The notes: generated from the sequence alone by a model not told the origin. A DNA stretch of 64,000 nt from Flavobacteriales bacterium (GCA_016717305.1 JADKFY010000010.1:28279-92278); one strand, 5' to 3'. Positions 1 through 10,271 are shown, counted from the first letter of the stretch. A program made the numbers and translations.

Positions 1-331
1 ACGGAAAGGCAGTAAGTCCGGAGCAACTCAATTTCAATGCTCCGCGCATGTTCACAGGTACCACGAACCGGAGGAGCATACCATTCTCGTAGTTCGTCAT
101 GCTGGGTGTCGCAACGAGCTTGATGGTGTCAACCACGAGCGTGGCGGTTGCCCAATGAGCGGTATTCAGCAACGATCCTTCCACCGTTATTGCAGCGTTC
201 TCGGATAGCGGTTCTCCCATTCCCGTAACTGTTCGGTCACCATCCGGCCCCATGAACGCAAAAGCGTGGATGTTCCACTTGGCCCATGGAAGTATGGGCC
301 ACGCAGAACAAAAGGATCAGACAAAAGCGCA

Positions 332-1120
332 TCATCGGGTCATGCAACAACGGAACCGGAAAAGAGCTGTGGGAATGTTGGTGAAGCCATAGTTGCAAGC
401 CACACCGGGTAATGGTTCATCCGTGGCCCAACCAGCGCCAATGGTCTTGGCATCGTTCGAGTTGTTCGCCGCGCTGTCCACCCATTCAGCGGAAATGACC
501 GTACCTATGAAGGTAGGTTTGGTGCGACAGGCATTCGCCCATTCACCCATGGAACACAACCTTGCACCAGTGTTGTGGCAATACGTAATTGCGTTGAAGA
601 AGGTGATCGCTGCCAAGGAGGAGTCTTGAATGCAGTACGTGCTGGTAGCTGCATAGAAACCTGTTGGGCAAGGGCGTGAAGCATTGCTCAAGAGCATGAA
701 TCGTGAGCCATCGTAGATCAGGCGTGCAGGAATACCTGCGGGCAGGTCAGCACTGTCCAACGGTAACTCACCGAATTTCACCACGGTTTGGGCACCGAGC
801 CCGTTCAACTCAAGAGTGGCCCCGGCTGCGTTCGCAGCATTTGGCACCAAGGTGATCATCATTCCAGGAGTGTATGCGAGTATCGCTGGCTCCAGATCTG
901 CGACGAGTTGGAGCGTACCTGATGCCGTGGCATAGGACATGGTGGTTGCCCGAGCGGCCGCGACACTAACAGCGGCATCCGGTACCAATGGTGAAGCCAA
1001 TCCGTCCACTTGGCGATCGGCATCCGTGGAGCCGGTCAACTCAATAGCGACAGGGACGTCCAACTGGGCGTGAACGAAAGGAGCACAAAGAGCCAAGAAA
1101 ACGGCCAAAGCGATCCTCAT
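332..1120 (-). CDS. secreted C-type-lectin-like domain protein (hypothetical)
   Basis: ATG at 1120-1118. N-terminal signal peptide MRIALAVFLALCAPFVHAQ. C-terminal half has the CTLD-like pattern CPTGF...YC...TF..A...C...GARLCSMGEW.NAC...W. Start overlaps the stop of the upstream gene (ATGA on the minus strand). Confidence 0.55.
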   Translation of the reverse strand: MRIALAVFLALCAPFVHAQLDVPVAIELTGSTDADRQVDGLASPLVPDAAVSVAAARATTMSYATASGTLQLVADLEPAILAYTPGMMITLVPNAANAAGATLELNGLGAQTVVKFGELPLDSADLPAGIPARLIYDGSRFMLLSNASRPCPTGFYAATSTYCIQDSSLAAITFFNAITYCHNTGARLCSMGEWANACRTKPTFIGTVISAEWVDSAANNSNDAKTIGAGWATDEPLPGVACNYGFTNIPTALFRFRCCMTR

Positions 1121-2007
1121 AACACCCTCAATTTGAAAACATGTTGGTTGTTCAGCCGCAAGAAATAGGCTCCGGTTCCTAACCCGGGAAGTACTACTTG
1201 CACATGGTCCACACCAGATCGGATCGGATCAACAGGAACGGTACGTCCAATTCCGTCGAACAACTCCAGGCTCTCGATCGGTTGATGGTCCAAGGCTACA
1301 ACATGGACCACGTCGTTGACCACGGTCGGGAATACATTGAATCCATTTTGGACCACCAAGGTCGGCACTGGAGTTGGTGCGTCCATATCGAACGCAGTAA
1401 TGTATCCACCGGGTTGGAACCAACTGCCGGATACTGAATTGCTCCCAACGTCCGGTGCACTTGCCATCAAGCTCCATGGCCCGGTCATGTCACCAGAACT
1501 GAACAACGATAGGTTCCCTGGTGGCAGACCATAGAGTTCGCTTGGGTCGTACGTGAGCACCACATCGATGGACCCATTTACCATAGGGCCTGATCGCAGT
1601 TCGAACCAACGCCCTATGCTCGAGTCTCCCTCAGGGAATTCGCGCGGTATATGCCCACGCACCACGGTGATGGGGGAAGGGCCACTACTCGAGGAAAGGT
1701 CCAACCCGAGGTTGCCGGGTTCTTCGTTCGAATAGGGCACGATTGCAGTGAGAACTGCAGTTTCGGTACCAGCACCGGTAATGGGTCCACCCACCGGTTC
1801 GAAGATCCTAGCGGTCTCTCCCAACGAAATAAGGCCGTTGTTCACCACGGTCGCTCCCGGGTCTATGGTCCATTCCAACGGACCTTCCAGTGTAACGGTG
1901 GTGCCTTCAGCAACAGTGACCGAACCGGAGATCAACCGCATTTGTTGACCACTGACCACTGCTTGATCAAGCAGTAGGATAGGACATAGGATAAACCATT
2001 TGTGCAT
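1117..2007 (-). CDS. T9SS C-terminal-domain secreted protein (hypothetical)
   Basis: The six-frame ORF is 1117..2307, but the likely start is the ATG at 2007-2005, which gives the signal peptide MHKWFILCPILLL. The C-terminus (...VDPIRSGVDHVQVVLPGLGTGAYFLRLNNQHVFKLRVL) has the Por/T9SS type A sorting-domain pattern. Confidence 0.6.
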   Translation of the reverse strand: MHKWFILCPILLLDQAVVSGQQMRLISGSVTVAEGTTVTLEGPLEWTIDPGATVVNNGLISLGETARIFEPVGGPITGAGTETAVLTAIVPYSNEEPGNLGLDLSSSSGPSPITVVRGHIPREFPEGDSSIGRWFELRSGPMVNGSIDVVLTYDPSELYGLPPGNLSLFSSGDMTGPWSLMASAPDVGSNSVSGSWFQPGGYITAFDMDAPTPVPTLVVQNGFNVFPTVVNDVVHVVALDHQPIESLELFDGIGRTVPVDPIRSGVDHVQVVLPGLGTGAYFLRLNNQHVFKLRVL

Positions 2008-2103
2008 GGGTTGCGAAGTTAGGAAGTTCAGTTGGATCGGGCACATGTGCCTAAGAGATCTTCTTGAGCGTCCCCCATTAGCTTTGCGCCAAATGCTAGC
2101 GAC

Positions 2104-2508
2104 ATGGATGTGAAGGGATTCGTTGTTGACCAACTTGGTCATTTTTCGGTATACGACCTGCCTGAAGTCCTTTTCGTTATTGTGGTTGCGGCCTTGCTGG
2201 GATATACGTTGGCAAGGTTCGGGGCAAGACAAACAGGGACTGTCCTGAAGCAAATGGCCTTTTGGGCCGCTGCAGCTGCATTGGCAGCTGTTTTTGTTCG
2301 ATCCCAATTGCCCATGGCTGCTCTTATGCTCGCGGCGGCAGTTTTGGCTGGGAAGCGTAGCTACGAAATGGGGAATGATGCCTTGTTCTTCTCCGTATTG
2401 GTGGTTGGCATCGGTTGCGGAAGCGGAGCCACGGTGGTTGTTGTTCTGGCGATGATCCCATATTTGTTCTTGATGCGTTGGGCCTTTGGGCCTGCTTCAC
2501 GTTCTTGA
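2104..2508 (+). CDS. small polytopic membrane protein (possibly DUF4956-like)
   Basis: ATG at 2104. The 134-aa product is very hydrophobic, with roughly 4 predicted TM segments. Its stop TGA (2506-2508) overlaps the ATG (2508-2510) of the downstream CotH gene, suggesting translational coupling. Confidence 0.45.
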   Translation: MDVKGFVVDQLGHFSVYDLPEVLFVIVVAALLGYTLARFGARQTGTVLKQMAFWAAAAALAAVFVRSQLPMAALMLAAAVLAGKRSYEMGNDALFFSVLVVGIGCGSGATVVVVLAMIPYLFLMRWAFGPASRS

Positions 2509-4169
2509 TGCTGGAAACCCAGGCACCTTGGAGCGACTTCATCGGTTTAGTGACAAGCAGCTTGCTTTGCTTGGCATTGGCGGCTTTTGTGGGAAGTCCA
2601 CCACCCGGTCCAGTTCCATTCAAGGGCGGTGCAGTTCCCTTGGTCCATCCATCGGTCGCAAGCGTTGGACAGAGCGGAAACGTTACTATCCGCTCTGTGC
2701 GAGGTGGCTATATTCATGTGGCTGAACAAGCCAATGGCCCAATGCTGGAAAGAGGCACCGTGTTCCGCTTTGTGCCTACCCCGGACCAAGTTGATGCGGA
2801 TCGTACGCTAAGTATCCCACTCTCGATCAACTGGCATCATCCCTTGTTGGGGTTACCCGCAGCTCAGGTAGTGCGTTTTGCGGAAAGTGATGGTCCGGAA
2901 AGGATCGGTCCGGAACGCATGCATACGATACTCTTTCAGGACCATGGAACATTGCCCGTATTGTCTTTGCTTGTACCTCACGGAGCTTTGTTCGATCCAG
3001 ACACAGGGATCATGGTCGTGGGGAACGGAATTTTCCATGCACCTGAGAAAGTGCTGGTGGCCGAGGCCAGGGACCCTAGATCGTGGAAGTATCCCGGCAA
3101 TTTCCACATGCGCGGTAAGGCATGGCAGCGAAGCGGCCGCATGCAATTCATCGGGGCCGATGGGCTTGAGATCTTCCAGACAGAAGTGAACGTTCGGATC
3201 AATGGACAGATGACACGTTCCTTTCCACAACATGCCCTTCGCTTCGGTTTTGAAAAGCCTTTGCGCGTGGATGTGTTCAACGAGAATGTCGGTTCAGGCT
3301 ACGAAGGATTGGTGCTGCGAACAGCAGGAAATGATCAGATCAAAGCCATGCTTCGGGATCCCTTCCAACACGGGCTATGTGCGGGTCTACCCTTCGAGGT
3401 ATCGGGATCACGCACATGCGTGGTTTATGTGAACGGTGCCTATTGGGGTGTCCATCATTTGCGGCACCGAATGGACGAGGAAGAATTGGCAAGGCGCTAC
3501 GGGGTTTCCAAGAAACGCATCACCATCCTGGAAGATGAAGCACGTCTTTACCGGGGTGATACCATGGAAGTGGTGCGGTTCGAACAACTTGCGGACCGTA
3601 CGTACCATTGGGACGGCAAGGACCCGGCCGAACGAAAGGCTCTTGAGGAGAACCTGGATATCGATGGTTTCTTCGCTTACATGGCCAGTCAAATGATCCT
3701 TGGTAACGTGGATTGGCCTTCGCAGAACGTGAAATTCTGGAAGTTCGGGGGCAAGGAGAAGGGCGATGCACCGTTGGATGGCAAATGGCGCTTCATCATG
3801 GGTGATTGTGATCTGGCCTATGGGGTATATGCGTCAGCGACCAGCGATATGTTCATGCGGGTAAAGGCGTTGGACGTGCCTTTGACTCGTTTGTTCAACG
3901 GAATGATGAAGGCTCCGGACCTTAAATTGCGCTTCGTACAGATAGCCCGTGATCTGGCCCAAGGGGCGTTCTCCGCAAAGCGATCCACGGCACGGCTGGA
4001 GGCCCTTGTAATGCTCATGGCACCAGAAATGGACAGACACACGGCCCGCTGGCGACGTCCGGGTTCAGTAGAGGTTTGGCAGAAGGAAGTGGATGTTTTG
4101 CGCACCTTCGCCGCCCAGCGCGAGGGCAACATCCTCCAGCAATTGGATGCGTTTGAACAAGTTCGCTAG
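2508..4169 (+). CDS. CotH-family atypical protein kinase, membrane-anchored
   Basis: Internal ATG at 2508 gives the hydrophobic N-terminus MLETQAPWSDFIGLVTSSLLCLALAAFVG. CotH signature blocks present: RINGQMTRSFPQHALRFGF (the RGNSSR..KKSF-type block), LRTAGNDQ...VYVNGAYWGVHHLRHRMDEEELARRYG, and GDCDLAYG (the W/HxDxD..G block). Confidence 0.75.
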   Translation: MLETQAPWSDFIGLVTSSLLCLALAAFVGSPPPGPVPFKGGAVPLVHPSVASVGQSGNVTIRSVRGGYIHVAEQANGPMLERGTVFRFVPTPDQVDADRTLSIPLSINWHHPLLGLPAAQVVRFAESDGPERIGPERMHTILFQDHGTLPVLSLLVPHGALFDPDTGIMVVGNGIFHAPEKVLVAEARDPRSWKYPGNFHMRGKAWQRSGRMQFIGADGLEIFQTEVNVRINGQMTRSFPQHALRFGFEKPLRVDVFNENVGSGYEGLVLRTAGNDQIKAMLRDPFQHGLCAGLPFEVSGSRTCVVYVNGAYWGVHHLRHRMDEEELARRYGVSKKRITILEDEARLYRGDTMEVVRFEQLADRTYHWDGKDPAERKALEENLDIDGFFAYMASQMILGNVDWPSQNVKFWKFGGKEKGDAPLDGKWRFIMGDCDLAYGVYASATSDMFMRVKALDVPLTRLFNGMMKAPDLKLRFVQIARDLAQGAFSAKRSTARLEALVMLMAPEMDRHTARWRRPGSVEVWQKEVDVLRTFAAQREGNILQQLDAFEQVR

Positions 4170-4175
4170 GTCGAT

Positions 4176-5540
4176 ATGCTGAATTACATACGGGACCATC
4201 TGCAGTTGTTCATCCTTGTGATCATTTTCGTGGTCGTTGGGATCTATGCCAAGTTGCTTCTATTCGCGCTCATGCCACTTTCCGTGTTCTTCCTAAAATC
4301 GAGGAACCTGTGGGCGGACATGGTCTTTGGTCTGCTCATCACCTTGGTACTGTCCGACATGACCCCGTGGTTCTTCTCCATGCAGGTGTTCAAGGCTGCC
4401 AAGAACACGTACATCATTGCCTTGGCCATCATCTTCCTATTGGAGAGGCATCGTTTCGTTCCATTATCCCGGGTGTTCAACATCTTTCTTCCCTTCTTTG
4501 TATACAGCTTCTTTCCCCTGATCTTCTCAGGCAGTATTGTGGTCGGTGTGCAGAAGACCATTTCCTATGCCTTGCTCTATTTGATCATTCCCAATTACGT
4601 GTTGTACAACTACCGGCTCTGGGGTTGGGAGTTCTTCCGCAATCTGGTCTTCTTTATGACCACGATCCTCTTGGCCGGCTTATTGATCAATTACTGGGGC
4701 GAGTTCTATGCTTACATGATCGGTCGTTTCCGAGGGCTCTTCGGCAATCCGAACGGCATGGCGATCTTCTGCTTCCTGTTGATCATGCTCATAACGATCC
4801 TGACGGCCGTGAAGAAGGACTTGTTCAATTGGAAAGAAAAGCTTGTGGTGTATGGCGTTGCAGGTTATTTCTTGATCGTCTCCGGATCCAGGTCCTCACT
4901 TATCGCCGTGTTCATCTTCTTGGTCTTCGGTCGTTTCTTCGCAGCATCTCCGTTCCTCGGTTTCATAAGCTTGCTGGGGGTGTTTGGGGTCATGGAGATA
5001 GTGCTGAGCAACTTGGAACCCATCGTTCAATTCTTGGGCATCGAATCTTACGTGCGACTGAACACCTTGGAGACCGGAAGTGGTCGCTATTTCGCTTGGG
5101 AATTCGCTTGGACCCACATCCAAGAATACTTGGTGTTCGGAGGGGGCTTCGGGAATGATGAACGCATCATGCGTAAAAATTACCATTATCTGGAAAGAAT
5201 GGGACACCAAGGTGGGGTCCACAATACCTACTTGTCGTTCTGGTTCGATGTGGGCATTGTAGGGTTGGTGATCTTCTTCAGGAGCTTTATCCTCATGTTC
5301 ATCAAAGCGAGCAAACTAGTGCCGATGAGCATTGGGGTCATGTTCGCGCTCATGTTCTCCATCACCTACGAATCGTGGTTGGTGAGTTCGCTGAACCCGT
5401 ATACCATCATCGTATTGATCATCATCACCATCGTGTCCGAAGCGGAGATTGTGGAATGGGAGGTTTTTGGGTCCGATGCAACCGAAGTGATCGATCAGGA
5501 ACCAGAGGTCGAACCAACCCTCCGGCTGGGTCCAGTTTGA
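4176..5540 (+). CDS. O-antigen ligase/polymerase-like (Wzy_C family) integral membrane protein
   Basis: ATG at 4176, 6 nt after the CotH stop. About 10-12 TM helices. Wzy_C-like segment ...VAGYFLIVSGSRSSLIAVFIFLVFGRFF... followed by a periplasmic-loop region. Confidence 0.6.
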   Translation: MLNYIRDHLQLFILVIIFVVVGIYAKLLLFALMPLSVFFLKSRNLWADMVFGLLITLVLSDMTPWFFSMQVFKAAKNTYIIALAIIFLLERHRFVPLSRVFNIFLPFFVYSFFPLIFSGSIVVGVQKTISYALLYLIIPNYVLYNYRLWGWEFFRNLVFFMTTILLAGLLINYWGEFYAYMIGRFRGLFGNPNGMAIFCFLLIMLITILTAVKKDLFNWKEKLVVYGVAGYFLIVSGSRSSLIAVFIFLVFGRFFAASPFLGFISLLGVFGVMEIVLSNLEPIVQFLGIESYVRLNTLETGSGRYFAWEFAWTHIQEYLVFGGGFGNDERIMRKNYHYLERMGHQGGVHNTYLSFWFDVGIVGLVIFFRSFILMFIKASKLVPMSIGVMFALMFSITYESWLVSSLNPYTIIVLIIITIVSEAEIVEWEVFGSDATEVIDQEPEVEPTLRLGPV

Positions 5541-5665
5541 TCCAGCTCTTGTGCGTTCGAAGGAATCCGTTGGCGCGAACAAGCAGGATCGGGGCAACCG
5601 AGTTTTTGACAAGGATCGTCAACTTCCGAAGCGGTACGGATCGCGGCTTTACATTGCGGCCCCGA

Positions 5666-8170
5666 ATGCAACGCAAGCTCTACGTCCTACTCTTCCTTGT
5701 GCTATTGCTCATAGCAGGTATTTGGTTCGCTGATCGTAAACTTAAGGGCCACGGACACCCCGGTCTTCCTACCTTTTTGCAGCAATGGTGGGTGAACTAC
5801 CCCGCATCTTTTGCCGTGGAACCAATGGTCGTTTCCATAACCGTTGAACAGGCCGATATCGACGCCCTTGAGGCCGTGGTACAGGCGGCACGTGAGCGCG
5901 GCGTGATCATGCCCGAGGGCAACGAATATGTACCGGCGATCTTGGAGTTCAATGGACAAAAGATCAAGACCAAGGTCCGGATCAAAGGCAAGATGAGCGA
6001 CCATGTCCAAGGAAGCAAATGGTCCTTCCGCGTCCTGACTAAGAAGGATGATGGCTTTCTGGGCATGCAGCGGTTCTCCTTGCAGCATCCCGGAACACGG
6101 AACTACTTGTGCGATTGGTTCTATCATCAACTGTCCCAAGGTGAAGGCATTATTGCGCTGCGGTATGGCTTTCTCCATGTCAATTTCAATGGCGAGGACT
6201 TGGGGGTTTATGCCTACGAGGAACACTTCGGCCCGGAGCTGTTGGTGAACAACGGTCGGCTGAACGGGCCTTTGTTCCGTTTCGACCCATCGTTATTCTG
6301 GGAACACCGGTTGAACATGATGAACAAGGTGCGGTACCACGAAGCATTCGGAGCCTACGAAGCTGCTGCGGTGGATGGGTTCGGCACAGGGAGTCTCGCA
6401 AAGGACTCGGTACAACGTAGGTATTTCGAGGAGGCCGTTGGGTTGATGGATTCGTTCAGACGCGGCGAACGCAAGGCTTCGGAGGTATTCGACGCGGACC
6501 TCATCGCGCGTCGGCATGCGCTCTTGGACCTGGTGGGCGGCCACCACAGCATGGATTGGAGCGATGTCAAATTCTACTTCGACCCGGTGCTCAAGCGCGT
6601 TGAACCGATCTCGTATGAGAGTTTCAGTGCATACCCCATTAAGGAATTGGCTGGCACCGGCAAGTATTCGGGTAAGCGATCTTCTTGGATGGACCTGCAC
6701 ACCGCATACTTCAATGATCCTGAAATTTTCCGCGCCTACGTCCACCATTTGGAACGCATGTCATCACCCACCTACCTGGACAGTGCTTTCACCAAACTCG
6801 CCCCGGCCTTGGACAGTGCTTCCGCATTGATCTACCGCGAATTCCCGTACAAGGAGCTGGATCGTTCAATTTACTACAAGAACGGCGCCTTGATCCGGCG
6901 GATGCTTGATGTGCCCAAAGGCTTTCACGCTTACTACGATGGAGGCGTGGACACTGTGAACATGACCGTGATCCCGATCGAGAGCCTCCCGATCGAAATA
7001 CATGGGTTGATCGACAAGGACGGCACGATACTCCCGCCGATCAGCGATCAGAACAGAGACTTACAAGCAACCATCGTTCCGAGCAGGATCGGCGGGGAAG
7101 TAGGAAAACCCATGACCGTCCGCGTGCCGATCAATGGGAAATTGGATCTGACCGCGGGCGTTCCATTGCGTATTTCATACAGCGTTCTGGGCGCATCCAT
7201 CCGCAAGGAGTTGGAGGTGTTCCCGTATGCCTATCTCGACAAGATCCAATTGCCATTGGTAACAGGAACGAACACGACCGACTTGCGGAACATCAGCTAC
7301 CTGCAAGTGGACGATCAAGAGAAGACGATCACGATCCTTCCAGGCAACTGGACCTTGGGTTCGGATCTGTACTTGCCCAACGGATATACCATAATGGCGA
7401 CCGCTCCATTACGGTTGGACTTCGTGAATGGTGCTCGATTGATCTCCAGGTCCCCCATGCTATGGAGCGGTGTGGAGGACCTGCCGATCGTACTGCATTC
7501 CTCCGATCAAAGCGGTGGTGGGCTCATAGTGCTTAGCAGCAGGGGGAGCAGTTCGTTCTACCGGGTGCGGTTCGAAGGCTTTGGAAGCAGTAGGATCGGG
7601 ACTCCATCCATCGTTCTACAAGATGCGGATGTCCACCTGAAGGAGTGTGACCTGGGCGAGGCTCGTGGACGGGACCTGCTGTTGGCCGTTCGGAGCAAGA
7701 TCGGAATGGAGGATGTTTCCTTCACCGGGGGAATGGACCAATTGACATTGGCCTATTGCACCACCACCATGGAAAAAGTAGGTGGCTTGGGCGCTGGAGA
7801 TGATGCCCTTTCCGTGAAAGGTGGATCAGCGGTGATCTCAGCGCTTCGTGTTGAAGGAGCCATGGGCACAGGGATCAAATTGGACGAATACGCCATTGTT
7901 GAATTGGTTGATCCAATGATCACATCCAAAGCCGATGCCGCCAGAGTGTCAGAAGGAGCAACACTGAAGGCAAAGGGAGGCTCCTTCACCAGTGAAAAGG
8001 AACAAGCATTGGATGTGGAACCGGAGCACGATCGCCACGGACCATCACAGGTTGAGTTGGATAGCGTGAAGACGAATGCTCCAACGCAGCCTTATCAGAT
8101 CGGTAAAGGGAATACGGTGTTGATCAATGGGATGGAAATGGAGCCGACCCTTTCCACGAAGGCACCATGA
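5666..8170 (+). CDS. CotH-family kinase domain protein with long C-terminal extension
   Basis: ATG at 5666 gives the TM anchor MQRKLYVLLFLVLLLIAGIWF. CotH blocks: KVRIKGKMSDHVQGSKWSFRVL, RYGFLHVNFNGEDLGVYAYEEHFGPELL, and HHSMDWSDVKFYFDP. The C-terminal ~300 aa is Gly/Ser-rich and looks like beta-helix repeats. The six-frame ORF begins at 5375, but the upstream part is His/Arg-rich junk. Confidence 0.7.
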   Translation: MQRKLYVLLFLVLLLIAGIWFADRKLKGHGHPGLPTFLQQWWVNYPASFAVEPMVVSITVEQADIDALEAVVQAARERGVIMPEGNEYVPAILEFNGQKIKTKVRIKGKMSDHVQGSKWSFRVLTKKDDGFLGMQRFSLQHPGTRNYLCDWFYHQLSQGEGIIALRYGFLHVNFNGEDLGVYAYEEHFGPELLVNNGRLNGPLFRFDPSLFWEHRLNMMNKVRYHEAFGAYEAAAVDGFGTGSLAKDSVQRRYFEEAVGLMDSFRRGERKASEVFDADLIARRHALLDLVGGHHSMDWSDVKFYFDPVLKRVEPISYESFSAYPIKELAGTGKYSGKRSSWMDLHTAYFNDPEIFRAYVHHLERMSSPTYLDSAFTKLAPALDSASALIYREFPYKELDRSIYYKNGALIRRMLDVPKGFHAYYDGGVDTVNMTVIPIESLPIEIHGLIDKDGTILPPISDQNRDLQATIVPSRIGGEVGKPMTVRVPINGKLDLTAGVPLRISYSVLGASIRKELEVFPYAYLDKIQLPLVTGTNTTDLRNISYLQVDDQEKTITILPGNWTLGSDLYLPNGYTIMATAPLRLDFVNGARLISRSPMLWSGVEDLPIVLHSSDQSGGGLIVLSSRGSSSFYRVRFEGFGSSRIGTPSIVLQDADVHLKECDLGEARGRDLLLAVRSKIGMEDVSFTGGMDQLTLAYCTTTMEKVGGLGAGDDALSVKGGSAVISALRVEGAMGTGIKLDEYAIVELVDPMITSKADAARVSEGATLKAKGGSFTSEKEQALDVEPEHDRHGPSQVELDSVKTNAPTQPYQIGKGNTVLINGMEMEPTLSTKAP

Positions 8171-9225
8171 GGAGGGTGTTTCCATTCGTGGTCCTCTTGC
8201 ACTTAGGGAACATCACGATCGCCCAAGTTTCGCCCTACACGGGGTTGGCGGTGGTGCCACCTGATAGCACAGGCAGTTACCGACTGTTGATCGGTGGACA
8301 CTTCCACGGGGCCAGCAGCAACACCAGTGGGTTTCCCGCGGCCACCTTGCTTGCCAATATCGGAACGCTCAATGCCACGAACGCCAACGTATTCTTGAGC
8401 ACCGGTGATCTTTTCCTGCGTCCGGATCGTGACAGCGTCCGCTATACTACCGCTCTCTTCGAAGAGTTGAAGTTGCCTCTTTTCAACGCACCGGGTAACC
8501 ACGATCTGGAAGGTAGCGCATACCATTCCGCAACCCGTATGCCAGTGATGATCCCAATGGGTGGGGATCGCATCATCCTATTGGACACCGAGCGGGACAA
8601 CAGTGATGTAAGCGGTGATCAGCTGCAACAGATCATAGATGCCGAACAAGCCGCAACTGAAGGTCACTTGCGACACCTGTTCATCATAAGCCACAGACCG
8701 GTCTGGTCAGAGGGCGAACCGAAGTACGGAGACCTCTTCAGAGGCAATACGCGATCGCTCACCGGGAGCAATTTCAAAAAGGACGTGCTCCCTGTATTGC
8801 AACGGATTGCCCAGCATGCAAACGTGTATTGGATCAGTGGTAGCATGGCGGGCAGGGCGCCGGCCAGTATTTTCTTTCAGGAGCACGAGCAGGGCATCAC
8901 GTTCATCCAAAGTGCAATTCGCGACGAATTGCGCGATGCCGTACTGATCGCGGATGTTTCGAAGCTTCCATCCTCCTCCGGAGAGGGCGAAGGGGTGAGG
9001 CCCCCCAGTGTTAAATGGACGGGCCTATCGCTTACGGGCCAACCCCTGGAACCTGTTCAGAGCTACGATGCAGCATGGTGGAAAGCACATCAAGGCACAG
9101 CCGAACCGTTCGCTTGGAGACGCATCCCCTATTTGATCAAAAAGACGGTAACCAACCTGAACTACTGGTATGGGTTCGGCACCGCAGTGTTGCTGCTACT
9201 ATTGGGTTGGCGCATCCGGAGATAG
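8167..9225 (+). CDS. calcineurin-like metallophosphoesterase, membrane-anchored
   Basis: ATG at 8167 overlaps the TGA of the upstream gene (ATGA). Signal peptide present. Motifs GDLFLRPD and GNHDLEG (GDxx / GNH[DE]) and a C-terminal TM segment (WYGFGTAVLLLLLGW). Confidence 0.7.
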   Translation: MRRVFPFVVLLHLGNITIAQVSPYTGLAVVPPDSTGSYRLLIGGHFHGASSNTSGFPAATLLANIGTLNATNANVFLSTGDLFLRPDRDSVRYTTALFEELKLPLFNAPGNHDLEGSAYHSATRMPVMIPMGGDRIILLDTERDNSDVSGDQLQQIIDAEQAATEGHLRHLFIISHRPVWSEGEPKYGDLFRGNTRSLTGSNFKKDVLPVLQRIAQHANVYWISGSMAGRAPASIFFQEHEQGITFIQSAIRDELRDAVLIADVSKLPSSSGEGEGVRPPSVKWTGLSLTGQPLEPVQSYDAAWWKAHQGTAEPFAWRRIPYLIKKTVTNLNYWYGFGTAVLLLLLGWRIRR

Positions 9226-9335
9226 GAGAATAAGTTCCACAAAAAGCAACCTCCATGCACCGGACTTTATAGCAACCCGGTCGTGCATCCAACGTCATTG
9301 GTTTAGATTTACCCGCTCCAGCGAACCAAAGAAGA

Positions 9336-10271
9336 ATGTCACGTATCCTAGTTACCGGAGGTGCCGGATTTATTGCAAGCGACCTCGCTCTACGGCTTGC
9401 CGAAGATCCCAAGAACGAGGTGGTGGTCGTGGACAATCTGCTCACTGGTGAGATCGGGCACATCCATTCACCGGGCCACAAGAACCTCCACTTCATCAAG
9501 TGTGACGTGAACCGCTTCGAGGACATCAGTGGGGTGTTCTACGCCTACCGTTTCGACCACGTTTTCCACTATGCCGCTATGGTGGGTGTAAAGCGGACCA
9601 CGGACAATCCGGTGCAAGTCCTCAGGGATACGGACGGGATCCGGAACATTCTGGACCTCTCGAAGAACACGGGGGTCAAACGCGTCATCTTCAGCAGCAG
9701 CAGCGAGGTGTATGGGGAACCGGTGGAGATCCCTCAGAACGAGAAGACCACACCGCTCAATTCCAAGCTCCCTTACGCGATCGTGAAGAACATCGGAGAA
9801 GCTTTCCTTCGGTCCTACCACAAGGAATACGGGTTGGATTACACCATCTTCCGCTTCTTCAACACCTACGGACCCAAGCAGAGCAAGGATTTTGTGGTGG
9901 CCAAGTTCCTTCGGGCTGCGGTCAACAACGAGGACATTACCCTGTATGGCGATGGAATGCAGACGCGAACGTTCTGCTACATCGATGACAACCTGGATGC
10001 CTGCCTTAACGCCTACCACAAGGGTGAAGTGATGAACGATGTCGTGAACATCGGATCCGACAAGGAATTCACCATCAAGGAACTCGCCCAGCTCATCATC
10101 GAGGTTGTGGGCAGCAAGTCCAAGATCGTTCATCTGCCGGCCTTGGAAGAAGGGGATATGACCCGTCGCATGCCTGATGTGACCCGCATGCGCAAGTTGT
10201 TGGGTCGCGAACTGCTGCCTTTGCGCACGGGCTTGGAGCGGATCCTGGCCAGTGGCATTGCACAGGGGTAA
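9336..10271 (+). CDS. NAD-dependent epimerase/dehydratase (UDP-sugar 4-epimerase / UDP-glucuronate decarboxylase-like)
   Basis: N-terminal Rossmann motif ILVTGGAGFIASDL. SSSSEVYG and the YxxxK catalytic pair (YAIVKNIGE). GDGMQTRTFCYIDD is typical of UXS/Gal-epimerase-type short-chain dehydrogenases (SDRs). Confidence 0.85.
   Translation: MSRILVTGGAGFIASDLALRLAEDPKNEVVVVDNLLTGEIGHIHSPGHKNLHFIKCDVNRFEDISGVFYAYRFDHVFHYAAMVGVKRTTDNPVQVLRDTDGIRNILDLSKNTGVKRVIFSSSSEVYGEPVEIPQNEKTTPLNSKLPYAIVKNIGEAFLRSYHKEYGLDYTIFRFFNTYGPKQSKDFVVAKFLRAAVNNEDITLYGDGMQTRTFCYIDDNLDACLNAYHKGEVMNDVVNIGSDKEFTIKELAQLIIEVVGSKSKIVHLPALEEGDMTRRMPDVTRMRKLLGRELLPLRTGLERILASGIAQG

Noticed and set aside
4310-5158. 282-aa His/Leu/Arg-rich plus-strand ORF
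   Set aside because: It lies in an alternative frame inside the Wzy_C-like membrane gene (4176..5540). Its composition is typical of an off-frame read of GC-rich membrane-protein coding sequence.
5375-5665. N-terminal 97 codons of the six-frame ORF 5375..8170 (MVGEFAEPVYHHRIDHHHHRVRSG…)
   Set aside because: It overlaps the 3' end of the upstream membrane-protein gene in another frame. The His/Arg-rich composition is non-protein-like. The internal ATG at 5666, followed by a TM helix, is the credible start.
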